This document shows, piece by piece, positions 36,518 to 46,882 of a stretch of 64,000 nucleotides of DNA. This DNA is from a virus. Its lineage: Duplodnaviria > Caudoviricetes. Numbering within the stretch: the first letter of the stretch is position 1; each line of letters begins with the position of its first letter. A program made the position numbers and the translations under genes. The stretch spans positions 32,001 through 96,000 of IMG/VR virus record IMGVR_UViG_3300006056_000027; one strand, written 5' to 3'. The notes beneath the pieces were generated by a model, which was not told the origin of the DNA, made no database searches, and saw nothing but the letters and a program-made list of their open reading frames with translations.

Positions 36518-37270
36518 TTAATATCCAACTACGCTTATTCTTTTTATTACTGGTGTATGATCTGTCTTTGCAAACTCTATGTTTATAATATCAACTGTAA
36601 TGGAAATCTTAATAAAAGATGCTTTTGCTTTTACTTTGATTAATCTGCCATCTGTATAAATAAGCTGGTTAGATTGCTTAGGAATTCCGAACTTAAATAG
36701 CTCCTTAGAATTACTTTGTAAAAGCAAAATGTCATCTATATACTTATTGTCTATATAACCGTACAGATTATTATAATCTTCCAAATTGTCGTTATTAACA
36801 TAAACAGTATCAGAAGATACAGGTAATCTAACATCTTGTCCTGTGACTTGTTGCAAATTTTCATCTAGTAATCCTATGCTGCATACAGCACTTATATGTG
36901 CATCACCAATATTATCATAATCAATATTTACCTTAATATTTTCTTTATATGGAATAATCTGCTCAATTGTTTTAAACGATCCGTGCTTACCATATTTAGA
37001 ATAAGAAGGAATAATAGCAATATGTCTTACGATATCTTCTGGAGTTAACGTGTGTTGGTAATATATTCTTATCTTTTTAGATAGTGATAGTTTATATACA
37101 ATGCTTGAAGAACCAAATATTGTATTGAAAACATCTGATAATACCACCTCGGATCCATCCAAGTCTATACACGTTATTTTCTCTATAAATAAATCCTCTA
37201 ATTGAGTTTTAATTGATATTATATTATGGGCATCCACTAGGATATTCTTGTCCAATATATAGGATGGCAT
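36518..37270 (-). CDS. Putative virion protein
   Basis: 250 aa; C-terminal TPVIKRI resembles the neighbours' SPIIKDI and IPEISRI. Confidence 0.55.
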   Translation of the reverse strand: MPSYILDKNILVDAHNIISIKTQLEDLFIEKITCIDLDGSEVVLSDVFNTIFGSSSIVYKLSLSKKIRIYYQHTLTPEDIVRHIAIIPSYSKYGKHGSFKTIEQIIPYKENIKVNIDYDNIGDAHISAVCSIGLLDENLQQVTGQDVRLPVSSDTVYVNNDNLEDYNNLYGYIDNKYIDDILLLQSNSKELFKFGIPKQSNQLIYTDGRLIKVKAKASFIKISITVDIINIEFAKTDHTPVIKRISVVGY

Positions 37271-37647
37271 TATTTTGTCTCCAGTATAATTCCAACATTA
37301 GATATAAATGTTGTTCCATTTTTTACAGTATTATTTAAATCGAATGATACACATATTCCATCCTTATCTGGAGGGATTTGATTCTTTGATGCTATTAAGC
37401 TGTCTGCTAAATCTTCTATGTATTTAATTTTATTACTAATTCCATTAAAGATCAGATGATATACGGATTCAATTTCATCAAGATACGTAGATAGCGTTTC
37501 TATTTTTGCAGAACTTAAATCATTGACAGACTTGAACTGATCAAGTGCCACCTGCATAGATGGCGCTCCGTCCAAACTAGTTAGATTTTGCGCATATGTT
37601 TTTCTATCTAAAAATAGACCTGCTCTATTTTCTAAATACTCTTTCAT
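37270..37647 (-). CDS. Putative virion protein
   Basis: 125 aa; coupled to both neighbours. Confidence 0.55.
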   Translation of the reverse strand: MKEYLENRAGLFLDRKTYAQNLTSLDGAPSMQVALDQFKSVNDLSSAKIETLSTYLDEIESVYHLIFNGISNKIKYIEDLADSLIASKNQIPPDKDGICVSFDLNNTVKNGTTFISNVGIILETK

Positions 37648-39410
37648 ACATTTATTCCATATGAACTAATCTTGCCATTATATGATACGAATATCTTTGT
37701 GTCTGCCCTATTTTCTACAACTGCGAATAATTCTTTTGTTGTACTATTAAAGAACAACTCTGGATCTACTGTGTCAATGTCACCGTTGCTTTCCATAAAG
37801 GCTATCTTAATCTTTTCCTTATCATATGACCAATCAGTGTTAATGAAATCTATGCCTTGTACGAAGGCTAGAACATCAACATCTGTCGTAACTAGTGATC
37901 CTATGTAGTCTTCTAGACCTGATACGTCTATTGAGATAGATATAAAATCATCTGTTTTGTTATCAATAAAGAAATCAATTGGTAAAATATTACCACTTAC
38001 GACTCCAATTCCAGCGCCAGCCTTAACAACCGCGTCAGTATTAACCTTAACAATAGAGCCTGAGTAATACTTGTATTGATCAAAATCAGTATTTACAATT
38101 CCAGCAACCCTACCTATTGATTCAATTTCTTCGTCTATTCCATTTTCTATTCTAAATGCTCCACATGATTTAAGGTTTATACTGTTTAGGTATTTGTCTA
38201 TATCGTCTGTTTGAGATATGTAGAATTCGGATATCATATTTGGAGAAGCTATCTGGATTGATGAAGTGTCTTGATAGTCGAATGAGTAGTTTGGGCCAGC
38301 CTGTGTCACAGTAAATGATAGATCGTCGATATTAGTTGCAGTGATAAATTCGTTGCTGTATGTAATAAATCTTAAATCTTTTCTATGTACTTCATCTGCT
38401 ACTGAAGGCTTTTTGATTAGTGTAGGATGTATAAAGATTTGATGAGAAGTGTTGTAATCTATGTTCGCGTATCCTAGGTTTCCACTGGGCTTAAAGATTG
38501 ATAGGTATGAGTAGGTTATTTCTATTTCATCTCCTACGCCTATAGCGTTTGAGTTTACAAGTTGTTCTAATGAGACAAATCCAGTTGACTGGTTGATAGC
38601 AAAAGTTAGCCCTATATTTGTGGCAAATCCATTAATCAACGATACCTTACAATCATCTAGCTTGATATTTCTATTAGCCAATTTAACACACAGGTCGTTC
38701 TTAACATAAAATGTTTCTTTATTGTTTAGTACAAGATTGTGCGGATTGTTTAGATAGTTGTATTCAACTAGTGCGTTTACATTGCCTATCTTCTTAGACT
38801 CTGAATATATAAATTCGTCTACAAGATATGTAAAGTAAGTTTCGTTAAATTCAATTCTTGTATCAAATATACTTCCAGCCTTATTCACAATGTCAGTAAT
38901 ATCCTTACTAAAAGAAACCCTTACGCTATTGCCAGCTTTCTTTGGAGTATATGTTTTGCCATCAAGGTCATAAACATATTTAAGATCAAGTCTTCTACTG
39001 TCTATAAATACTGGAAAGAAATCTACGATAATAGAGGAGTGAATAACGTCTGCCACATATATTGTTACTAATCCTGTTTTGTTTTTCGAATACACAAAAT
39101 TAGTATCTTCAAATTCTGGCGTATCGCCATTGACAGTAATAAGACTTGCACCAACATACTTTGGATACTTATAAAAATATCCATCAATATCTGTTGCAAG
39201 CATATCTGTGTAATTTGATTCGACTTGTTTTGAAGATAATTCTTTTATATAGAAGGGGATAGAGTCCGAAGACTCTACCGTTATTTTTCTTAGGCCGTTA
39301 TCAATATCAAAAAACTTCTTTGATACTGATCGAGTATGTAGTTCGCAGTTTTGTGTTTCGAAGAACTGGAGCTTCTTTAGAAGCCCCATATCGTATGATT
39401 TTTCTATCAT
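37644..39410 (-). CDS. Putative virion protein
   Basis: About 588 aa; ATGA overlap with the fibre gene stop. Confidence 0.6.
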   Translation of the reverse strand: MIEKSYDMGLLKKLQFFETQNCELHTRSVSKKFFDIDNGLRKITVESSDSIPFYIKELSSKQVESNYTDMLATDIDGYFYKYPKYVGASLITVNGDTPEFEDTNFVYSKNKTGLVTIYVADVIHSSIIVDFFPVFIDSRRLDLKYVYDLDGKTYTPKKAGNSVRVSFSKDITDIVNKAGSIFDTRIEFNETYFTYLVDEFIYSESKKIGNVNALVEYNYLNNPHNLVLNNKETFYVKNDLCVKLANRNIKLDDCKVSLINGFATNIGLTFAINQSTGFVSLEQLVNSNAIGVGDEIEITYSYLSIFKPSGNLGYANIDYNTSHQIFIHPTLIKKPSVADEVHRKDLRFITYSNEFITATNIDDLSFTVTQAGPNYSFDYQDTSSIQIASPNMISEFYISQTDDIDKYLNSINLKSCGAFRIENGIDEEIESIGRVAGIVNTDFDQYKYYSGSIVKVNTDAVVKAGAGIGVVSGNILPIDFFIDNKTDDFISISIDVSGLEDYIGSLVTTDVDVLAFVQGIDFINTDWSYDKEKIKIAFMESNGDIDTVDPELFFNSTTKELFAVVENRADTKIFVSYNGKISSYGINV

Positions 39411-42400
39411 GTCACTCTTATCCATATTGCTGCAACAGTGTATGGTTGCATGTTATTATGCGCAGCTCCAGACCCAGAAGAGCTAGTAGTAAGTGTGGCA
39501 GTAGACGTTATTGCGTTACCACCACCACTTCCGTCTTGACCAACGTATGTCATTCCGTTAACCCCATTAAAAGTATGAGTATGTGGTGTTAGCTCTGAAA
39601 GCGTAAGTGTGTGCGAATACTCTCCTGCGGATGCACCATTTACGAAAGTCCTAGATTCCATGTTGGAGTCAGTATATTGCCCGCTGCCTATAATAGTTTT
39701 CCCTTCTGCAAAAGGCGACCAGGTTCCAAATGCATGATTGCCAAATGGTCCGCTTTGTAGTCCTGGATTCTGCTGATTGATTTGATTTGAATATATTGTT
39801 CCAATAGGATATATAGCCTTTAATAACGATAATCTCAAAACTCCTTTTATTTCATTTATAACAAACTCTCTATTTACTGCATCCTTAGGATTAGTAATAG
39901 CCGCTACTGGAACAATATCGTAGTCATACGGGAGGTCTTCAACTTCTAGGTTTCTAATATAGCCATTGCCACAGTTGATAGGATTGCCGCCAGCCATTTC
40001 AAGTGTGTCATATATCTTTGTTGGTTCTCCGCCAAATCCAAGAACTGTTTCACCGTATGAGGTAAATTTACCATTAGCTCTTATGTCGCCATTAATTGTT
40101 GCATTTCCAGTAGTTTCTATTTCACCACAACTAATTTTGTTAGTAGTCGTAAAGTTTGTATCAATAACCAATGAATGAAAAACTGCGTTACCAGTAATTG
40201 TTAATGATGTTCCATTTATAATGTTTGCATTAATAATAGAGCTAGATGTAACTGTTCCGCTTACTGTTATTTCATTTGCTGTAATTGCATTATTAAAGAA
40301 TGTATTGTCAGAGAATGTAACTGGTTGTGTAAATTCGGATGATACATTTGACTGGAATGATCCAATATTTAAAAGTGTGGATCCATTAATAGTATTGGTA
40401 GAAGTAGCATCGCCAGCTGTTATGCCTTTTGATATAATTACTGTTCCGCCAATTGTTGTGTTGCCGCCAATTGTTGTGTTGCCACCTATTGTTGCTGTTC
40501 CTGTAACATTTAAGTTGGTCCCAACTGATAGGGCACCATTTGCCTCAAGTGAAGGTCCAGAGATAGCCCCGTCTACACTTAGGCTGCCACCTAACGTTGT
40601 ATTACCACTAACGATTAGAGTGTTGATTGTTGCAACAGCTGTGATTGCTACATCGTCATTAAATGCAATTGAATTACCGAAGATTACATTACCATAGAAG
40701 GTAGATGTCGAATCTAGGTTTGTTGTGAACGATTCAGATATAACAACTTCTGTAGCTGTTACTTTGTCAAATACCACATCACCAGCAAACGTAGATGTTC
40801 CAGAGATGTTTAGATTGCCAACGCCAGTAATATTTTTAGCTTTAATGTCTGAATAAACAACATTGTTAAAGTCTATATCATTACCCTGTGTGAAGAATAC
40901 GCCATTAGGAGATTCAACTACCAAAGCATTTCCTGGATATAGGGCATTAGAAGATGTTGCAAATATATTTATTGGCCCACCAAATGCTATACCATTTCTA
41001 ATTGTGCCGTCACTCTTGTTGAGAGTTGTACTATTTAATATAGCGGACTTAGCAAAAACGCTAACTCTTGGCCACTCTGTAAGATTATCTATTCTTGTTT
41101 CTTCATTCGACTGGAATGAATACTGAACACCATCTTCTTCTTGAATACTATCAGTTGGCTTAATTAAGTATAGTCCACCATCTGTAATCTCAATGAATCC
41201 GTTATTATTACTTAGGGATGCCGCTGAACCATTTTCCGCTGATGCATACAATGTTAAATATCTGCTTGCATCTTCTTGGAAGTTTAACCCTGTTAATCTA
41301 CCAGTATTTCTAATATCTAAAGTAAAGTTAGAAACGTATACGCATTTATTATCCACTGTTGTGAAATAGGAACTGTTTGGAGCTAGACTTGTTCCGAATA
41401 GAATCTTAGATCCTTCCTCTAATGCAAGTGTTTTAACTGTTAAGTTATCTATTGTAGCTTCTTCTGATTCAATATTTAGAGAAGAAATAATCCTAGATAG
41501 TCCATATGATGAAGTTATTACAAGATTGTTACTGATTGCGGATAGAGAAATTACGCCAAGCTGAATAGATCCATTTACTGGGAGCGTCAGCTTATTGTTA
41601 ATTGTTGCAAAATTAAAGTTTAACGAGCCACCCTTAATGTCGTGTAATGTTCCGTTTAGGTCACCGAATGTCGTTAAATGCGGATCATTAAGGGCTGGTA
41701 CGGCTTTCTTATTAGATGTAATAAACAGTCCATCATTCTTATTTGCAAGATTATGATTATTAATTCTTAGCCCATAGTCGTAGTCATCTGAGTTATAAGA
41801 TATGGATACGCCATTAGCTGTAGACGCTACATTAAGATCTTCTTCTGTATATCTTCTTTTTACAACATGACCAGAGTCAGTTGAGCCGAAGATAAGAGAG
41901 TAGGAGTCATCATCTGCATTATTAAATAAGTTATTATCACTTTGAGATGAGATAAGAACGTCCCCAACAATCGCATTGTTTAATGTTGCTGGATCTTCCG
42001 TGTAGCCTTCTCTGTTGAAATAGTTTGGGTGGTCATTACCTGGAATTGAAGACTTGCCATACTTAACATTAGTCCTAATTCCTTTTACAATTAAATCTAA
42101 TAGGTTTGCATGTGACAACGGTGTAGAAATATCGCTTCCATCATGACTGTGAGTCTGCATAGTTCTAAGCATGACTTCAACATATTGCCACAAGGACATG
42201 TTTGCAATTGATATAACAATAATGTCTGTTGCAAGATTAATAGTATCCGATGTTGCAATTTCATAAATATTATTAGCAACAATATAAATTGATTCTGAAT
42301 CTATTTTTACATACGTATCATTTCCAGAATCGTATTTGTAGGCACTAATATATTCCTTTGGACACACAATGTTGCCGCTACCATCTATAAATTGTTGCAA

Positions 42401-43075
42401 GTAGTCACTTAGAACAATGTCGTATGCGCCATCAAGATCGGTATTAACGTTATGCCCATTGGCAGTTCCGACTGATACTCTAATTCTTCCATTTACTTCT
42501 AATGTAAGTGTTGGCTTATTTAAGCTGTTTACTGTATTAGGATTAGGAATTACGTTTGGCATGTAGCCATTATCCAAACCTTCAACTGTAGGATAGTTAC
42601 CACTATAGGTGATTGAGAATGGACTTGTTGGTGGAGTTTGGAATATTAACTCTCGATTAGTTACGGTAAAGTCATTAACATTAAGTAGCTCTTCTGGTGT
42701 TGCAACTAGATTCCAGAACGATGTTGAATTTACGCCATCATCAATTGTGAAGCTTGCCCCAATATCTGGAACGAGTGTAAGTGTAAATGTTTTATAATTT
42801 GTTAGAACTCCACTATCTGTGAAGCTGCTAAACGATTGACCGAATGGTGCCGCTGGATCATTCTTTCTTGATCCTATATCTGTGGCAATACTATTAGTGA
42901 ATTTAGTATCGTCAAATTGATAATCACCAAGTCCATACAAGTTACCAATTGCATCGCCTACTTCGTTTAGGGAAGTCTCAATACCGTAAGCAATGCTTAG
43001 CATGTTTTCTTCTGATACGAATCCATCCACAGTTACTACTGGTGGTAGATTGAAGTCTTGTGTTAGCTGACTCAT
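39407..43075 (-). CDS. Tail fibre/baseplate protein with beta-helical shaft and T4 gp10/gp12-like C-terminal domain
   Basis: THSHDG, G/T/N-rich beta repeats, and IYPIGTIY..NPG..FGTW..G...IG..GEYSHTLT..E..PHTH..AHNNMQPY..W.RV. Confidence 0.82.
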   Translation of the reverse strand: MSQLTQDFNLPPVVTVDGFVSEENMLSIAYGIETSLNEVGDAIGNLYGLGDYQFDDTKFTNSIATDIGSRKNDPAAPFGQSFSSFTDSGVLTNYKTFTLTLVPDIGASFTIDDGVNSTSFWNLVATPEELLNVNDFTVTNRELIFQTPPTSPFSITYSGNYPTVEGLDNGYMPNVIPNPNTVNSLNKPTLTLEVNGRIRVSVGTANGHNVNTDLDGAYDIVLSDYLQQFIDGSGNIVCPKEYISAYKYDSGNDTYVKIDSESIYIVANNIYEIATSDTINLATDIIVISIANMSLWQYVEVMLRTMQTHSHDGSDISTPLSHANLLDLIVKGIRTNVKYGKSSIPGNDHPNYFNREGYTEDPATLNNAIVGDVLISSQSDNNLFNNADDDSYSLIFGSTDSGHVVKRRYTEEDLNVASTANGVSISYNSDDYDYGLRINNHNLANKNDGLFITSNKKAVPALNDPHLTTFGDLNGTLHDIKGGSLNFNFATINNKLTLPVNGSIQLGVISLSAISNNLVITSSYGLSRIISSLNIESEEATIDNLTVKTLALEEGSKILFGTSLAPNSSYFTTVDNKCVYVSNFTLDIRNTGRLTGLNFQEDASRYLTLYASAENGSAASLSNNNGFIEITDGGLYLIKPTDSIQEEDGVQYSFQSNEETRIDNLTEWPRVSVFAKSAILNSTTLNKSDGTIRNGIAFGGPINIFATSSNALYPGNALVVESPNGVFFTQGNDIDFNNVVYSDIKAKNITGVGNLNISGTSTFAGDVVFDKVTATEVVISESFTTNLDSTSTFYGNVIFGNSIAFNDDVAITAVATINTLIVSGNTTLGGSLSVDGAISGPSLEANGALSVGTNLNVTGTATIGGNTTIGGNTTIGGTVIISKGITAGDATSTNTINGSTLLNIGSFQSNVSSEFTQPVTFSDNTFFNNAITANEITVSGTVTSSSIINANIINGTSLTITGNAVFHSLVIDTNFTTTNKISCGEIETTGNATINGDIRANGKFTSYGETVLGFGGEPTKIYDTLEMAGGNPINCGNGYIRNLEVEDLPYDYDIVPVAAITNPKDAVNREFVINEIKGVLRLSLLKAIYPIGTIYSNQINQQNPGLQSGPFGNHAFGTWSPFAEGKTIIGSGQYTDSNMESRTFVNGASAGEYSHTLTLSELTPHTHTFNGVNGMTYVGQDGSGGGNAITSTATLTTSSSGSGAAHNNMQPYTVAAIWIRVT
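40446..40499. repeat. 18-bp tandem repeat (2 exact plus 1 degenerate) encoding (N)TTIGG beta-helix turns
   Basis: CCGCCAATTGTTGTGTTG twice, then CCACCTATTGTTGCTGTT. Confidence 0.85.
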
Positions 43076-43089
43076 TTATTATTCCTGTG

Positions 43090-44811
43090 CTATAATATTA
43101 TTAGCATTGTTATAAGCGATGACTTATATTCGCCAAGTGTTTTGGCTATGTATTCTTTTGAAACATTGAGAAGAATGTTATCACTATTTAAATAATAGTT
43201 GCTATTGCCTTCTTTGTCTGTTGATGAATAGGTAATTGTGATTGTTTTCTTACCTAAGATTAATAGTCCTGTCAGGGTGTTGTATTCTACAAATGGATCG
43301 CCACCTGTTAACAATCTTATAAATCCTGGTTCTACTTCTTTGATGATTGGGCTAATAAAGCTTGTGTAGGTTATTCTGTACGATTTGTTTGGATCAATTT
43401 TGCTTACATCAAATGATACTACATCTGGTTGAAAATATGTGTAATCAGTGAATGTGGCTGATCCAGATAGATCATATTCTGTTACCACAAGCGTACCTAT
43501 ATTTACTGCTGATGGTAAAGCAAATTCATATCCATACTTATCAAAGTCAACTTCTACCAATATGTCAAATAGGTACGTCGTCTCTGCTATTGATCCGTTA
43601 TAGCTAGTTGCAAGTGTTCCAGCATATGTGCCATCTAAGTATTGTTCATAGTCAGAAGAATCATCTGTTCCTACTGATAATGCAGATAATCTAATTTGAT
43701 TATTGTAATTAAATATTCCATATACAGCAACATCTATATTATCTTGGTCGTCATTAATTGTTATGGAATAATCTGGCCCAGCCACGTGCGCAGTAGGATA
43801 CATATTGTCCATGATATTTGTTGATGCGGATAATGTAATGCTTAGATCGTTGACATGTTTAGAGTTGGTATTTTCATTGCCTATTCTTAACGGAGAGGAT
43901 AGTTCGATTGTTCTGTTTTGGTTGTTGTTGTCTATTGATAGTGTTATTTTGTCTGAGCCTGGATATGGATTAAGCGTATTACTAGATAGATTAGTCTCTA
44001 TTACCGCTATCGTATCCATTGATTTGTATTCGACAAACTTATAATCAGGAGTGGATGACTTAGTTACAACAATATCGCTCTTTCCAATTGCAACTGGTCT
44101 TAAGAAATAAAAGACTCCTAGTTTTGTTGCTGTAGTATTTGTGAGGATTATCTCTCCAGTTTCTTGATAAACTGATTCTATTAAATTTGTAACATCTGTC
44201 CATCCTGTATCGTAGGCGTATACTGCAATATTACCACCAATCGGAAAGTGATCCGTTTTCAAGTATAGCTTGCCAGATACTATGATTGGGTCATGTCGCT
44301 CCATAGAGTCAATTACTTCAGCCTGATTAGTAGATAGATAGTTTGCCTCATTTGAATGTAGAACGTATCTCTTGGATCCGTTTAGGTTTGCACAACTAGT
44401 ATTATCTTTATCAATTGATATGATATTCTCATCCAAATATGATTCTTTAACAAAGTTATAGTATTGATATATTTTGATTTGATCTTTATACCTGATAAAT
44501 GATACGACATTCTGAAGGATATCTAGGTTTGCATGATCGTCTGTGGCGTAATAATAGGCGCCGTCTTTAAGAATGAAGCTATTAAGTAATGCATAACTGC
44601 CACCAATACTTCCATTCATAATGAACTTATCATCAATATAATCCGTATTACTTAGGCCATCTGTTTGATTATTATGCCAAGATTCATTTCTAACTGTCTT
44701 GAATGGAACTGACTTAACTTGCTCTATATCTAGTGATAGATACGCTTGTTTGCCAGTGTCAAATTTAGAGACAGTCTCTACGTCTAGGCTATAACTTTTA
44801 TTAATTGTCAT
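43090..44811 (-). CDS. Putative baseplate/virion protein
   Basis: 573 aa, beta-rich; baseplate context. Confidence 0.55.
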   Translation of the reverse strand: MTINKSYSLDVETVSKFDTGKQAYLSLDIEQVKSVPFKTVRNESWHNNQTDGLSNTDYIDDKFIMNGSIGGSYALLNSFILKDGAYYYATDDHANLDILQNVVSFIRYKDQIKIYQYYNFVKESYLDENIISIDKDNTSCANLNGSKRYVLHSNEANYLSTNQAEVIDSMERHDPIIVSGKLYLKTDHFPIGGNIAVYAYDTGWTDVTNLIESVYQETGEIILTNTTATKLGVFYFLRPVAIGKSDIVVTKSSTPDYKFVEYKSMDTIAVIETNLSSNTLNPYPGSDKITLSIDNNNQNRTIELSSPLRIGNENTNSKHVNDLSITLSASTNIMDNMYPTAHVAGPDYSITINDDQDNIDVAVYGIFNYNNQIRLSALSVGTDDSSDYEQYLDGTYAGTLATSYNGSIAETTYLFDILVEVDFDKYGYEFALPSAVNIGTLVVTEYDLSGSATFTDYTYFQPDVVSFDVSKIDPNKSYRITYTSFISPIIKEVEPGFIRLLTGGDPFVEYNTLTGLLILGKKTITITYSSTDKEGNSNYYLNSDNILLNVSKEYIAKTLGEYKSSLITMLIIL

Positions 44812-45415
44812 TTTTATTTAATTCCTGAATAACAATATTGTGTATTGTTGTTGTGGTGTTATCTAAAATATTTTCACTATTAAACACCTTACCATCTTGT
44901 ACTAGAATAAAGTATTTTGTATATCTTTCTTCTATCATTGCACTAATCTTGTTTTTTGATATTGCAAATATTGTTTTATTCACAACCTCATAATTGACCG
45001 CGCCTTCTACGTCATATACACCAAGCACGTTGTATGTGATGTCTTCCGTATTCATTAAATGTGCTGGATCGTGAGTACCAGATAGAATCATTTCATATGG
45101 ACTGATATCTACTTCGTTCACTGAAAGACTTCTATTGGAAAAATCTTTACACATAGCAGCTGGATAAGCTGTGTATTGAGCAGATGTCAGCCATACGTTT
45201 GGAGTGTATGTAGCAATCAATTGCACTAAATCTAGTATTGTCATACCAGACAAGTCGTAGACGTCATCGCTTATAGTAAATTTTATACCATCTATTTCTA
45301 GGTTAACATCTGATTCGATATAAATTGCTGGAGCTGTCTTAAATTGTTTATTGAGTTTTTTAAGGCTTGGTGTTGTTTGTACTAACTTACTGTCGTCTAG
45401 ATTAATATATTCCAT
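44801..45415 (-). CDS. Putative baseplate/virion protein
   Basis: 204 aa; context only. Confidence 0.55.
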   Translation of the reverse strand: MEYINLDDSKLVQTTPSLKKLNKQFKTAPAIYIESDVNLEIDGIKFTISDDVYDLSGMTILDLVQLIATYTPNVWLTSAQYTAYPAAMCKDFSNRSLSVNEVDISPYEMILSGTHDPAHLMNTEDITYNVLGVYDVEGAVNYEVVNKTIFAISKNKISAMIEERYTKYFILVQDGKVFNSENILDNTTTTIHNIVIQELNKNDN

Positions 45416-45417
45416 AG

Positions 45418-46881
45418 TTATTCCTGCAGATCTAATTGACTATCTGTATATAGATATTGGCCATCATGCGTATAGCAAAGCCTAATCGGTGACACTTTAA
45501 AACTTGTAGTTGTTAATAGGCTATCTGGCAATGTTTCTATAAGCTCATCATCTGCATCTATAAGTATGTCTCTCCCTAGTCCTACGTTGCTTAAAAAGAA
45601 TGATGCTGCATTTGACGTAGTTATATACAAGCTGCCATTGTTAATAACTATCGTACTAACATCATCGAGAAGCTTATAAGAAGCTATCATATTATTTGTA
45701 ACGCCACAGAAATAGCTTTCTTCTATATTGCTCATCTCTAATTTAAAGACATAGGACAGGTTATCTACACGAGGAATGGTAAACTTAAATGAGTTACCAT
45801 ATTGATTAGCATTGATCAGGACTGGGGTAAGCCCAAGTATTCCATCAGCATCAAAATATTGCTCAATGCCGTTATGAATCATGGACACCTTGTAGGTGTA
45901 ATCCATTCGCTTAATCATATCATTATTTACAACTAATACAATATCATCACCAATTCTTGTTTCTGTATCTGTCACATTTATTAGTTTGTTATTATTAAAT
46001 GTAGAATTACTAGCCAAGATTTCTGGAACATTAAGATAAGGCTTGGATGCATATAGATCTCCTGCTGACAAGAAGTATATATCTAAATGATCTGTAACAA
46101 ATATTTCTCCATCATCAATTACTCTGTCCATATAGAAGTTGTAAACCTCTCTGTCGTTACTTGTAACAGAGATGTATCTAAACTCATCTACGGTAAACAC
46201 TGGTTCGAAGTATGCGCCATCCTTGTCTGTTATTCTTTTAAAATCTAAATACTTAGACTTGTACGATGCAGTAATACAGTAGTTTGTAATTGTCAGACTT
46301 ACTTCTGAGTAGATCTTAATGATTGATTTGAATCTATTAATCGTCATGTGACTATTGTAGGACTCAAGGTTGATTGTTTCCTTAATTACTTTGCCGTCAA
46401 TACCTAGTCCAACTAATTGTATTTGTGCCAATGCATCTGGTGGAGTTATGTATACGAATGTTTCTTCTGGAAAGATAATTGGTTGAAAAACTTGAGTTAC
46501 TGAGAATGAACGAATGATGTTTGAGAATGATAATACTGGCTCTAGGTAACACGCAGAAACTGGATATGAATCTATCCATGCATCTGATAGCTGTCCTATG
46601 TTTTCTGCCAGATCCCAAATCAAATCTACTTCTTGTTTAAGCTCTACATATGGCTGTCTGTATAGTCTGCACTTTTTAAAGTCTATCGTCTTGTTTGCAT
46701 TTATCAAATTTGCAGCAGAACTATAAAACGCTTTTGACTGAGCATCGCAGATAGATTGATATATTGGTTCGAATATTTTTGCTACATTAGAGTTGTGACT
46801 TTGACTAGCAAATGACCACTTAGGGAAATAAGATAGAAATCTGTATAGTTCTAGATTTGATCTTTGTCTATGCACTGTCAT
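45418..46881 (-). CDS. Putative baseplate wedge protein
   Basis: Follows the J-like gene; FLSYFPKW N-terminus is typical of wedge partners. Confidence 0.5.
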   Translation of the reverse strand: MTVHRQRSNLELYRFLSYFPKWSFASQSHNSNVAKIFEPIYQSICDAQSKAFYSSAANLINANKTIDFKKCRLYRQPYVELKQEVDLIWDLAENIGQLSDAWIDSYPVSACYLEPVLSFSNIIRSFSVTQVFQPIIFPEETFVYITPPDALAQIQLVGLGIDGKVIKETINLESYNSHMTINRFKSIIKIYSEVSLTITNYCITASYKSKYLDFKRITDKDGAYFEPVFTVDEFRYISVTSNDREVYNFYMDRVIDDGEIFVTDHLDIYFLSAGDLYASKPYLNVPEILASNSTFNNNKLINVTDTETRIGDDIVLVVNNDMIKRMDYTYKVSMIHNGIEQYFDADGILGLTPVLINANQYGNSFKFTIPRVDNLSYVFKLEMSNIEESYFCGVTNNMIASYKLLDDVSTIVINNGSLYITTSNAASFFLSNVGLGRDILIDADDELIETLPDSLLTTTSFKVSPIRLCYTHDGQYLYTDSQLDLQE

Positions 46882-46882
46882 C

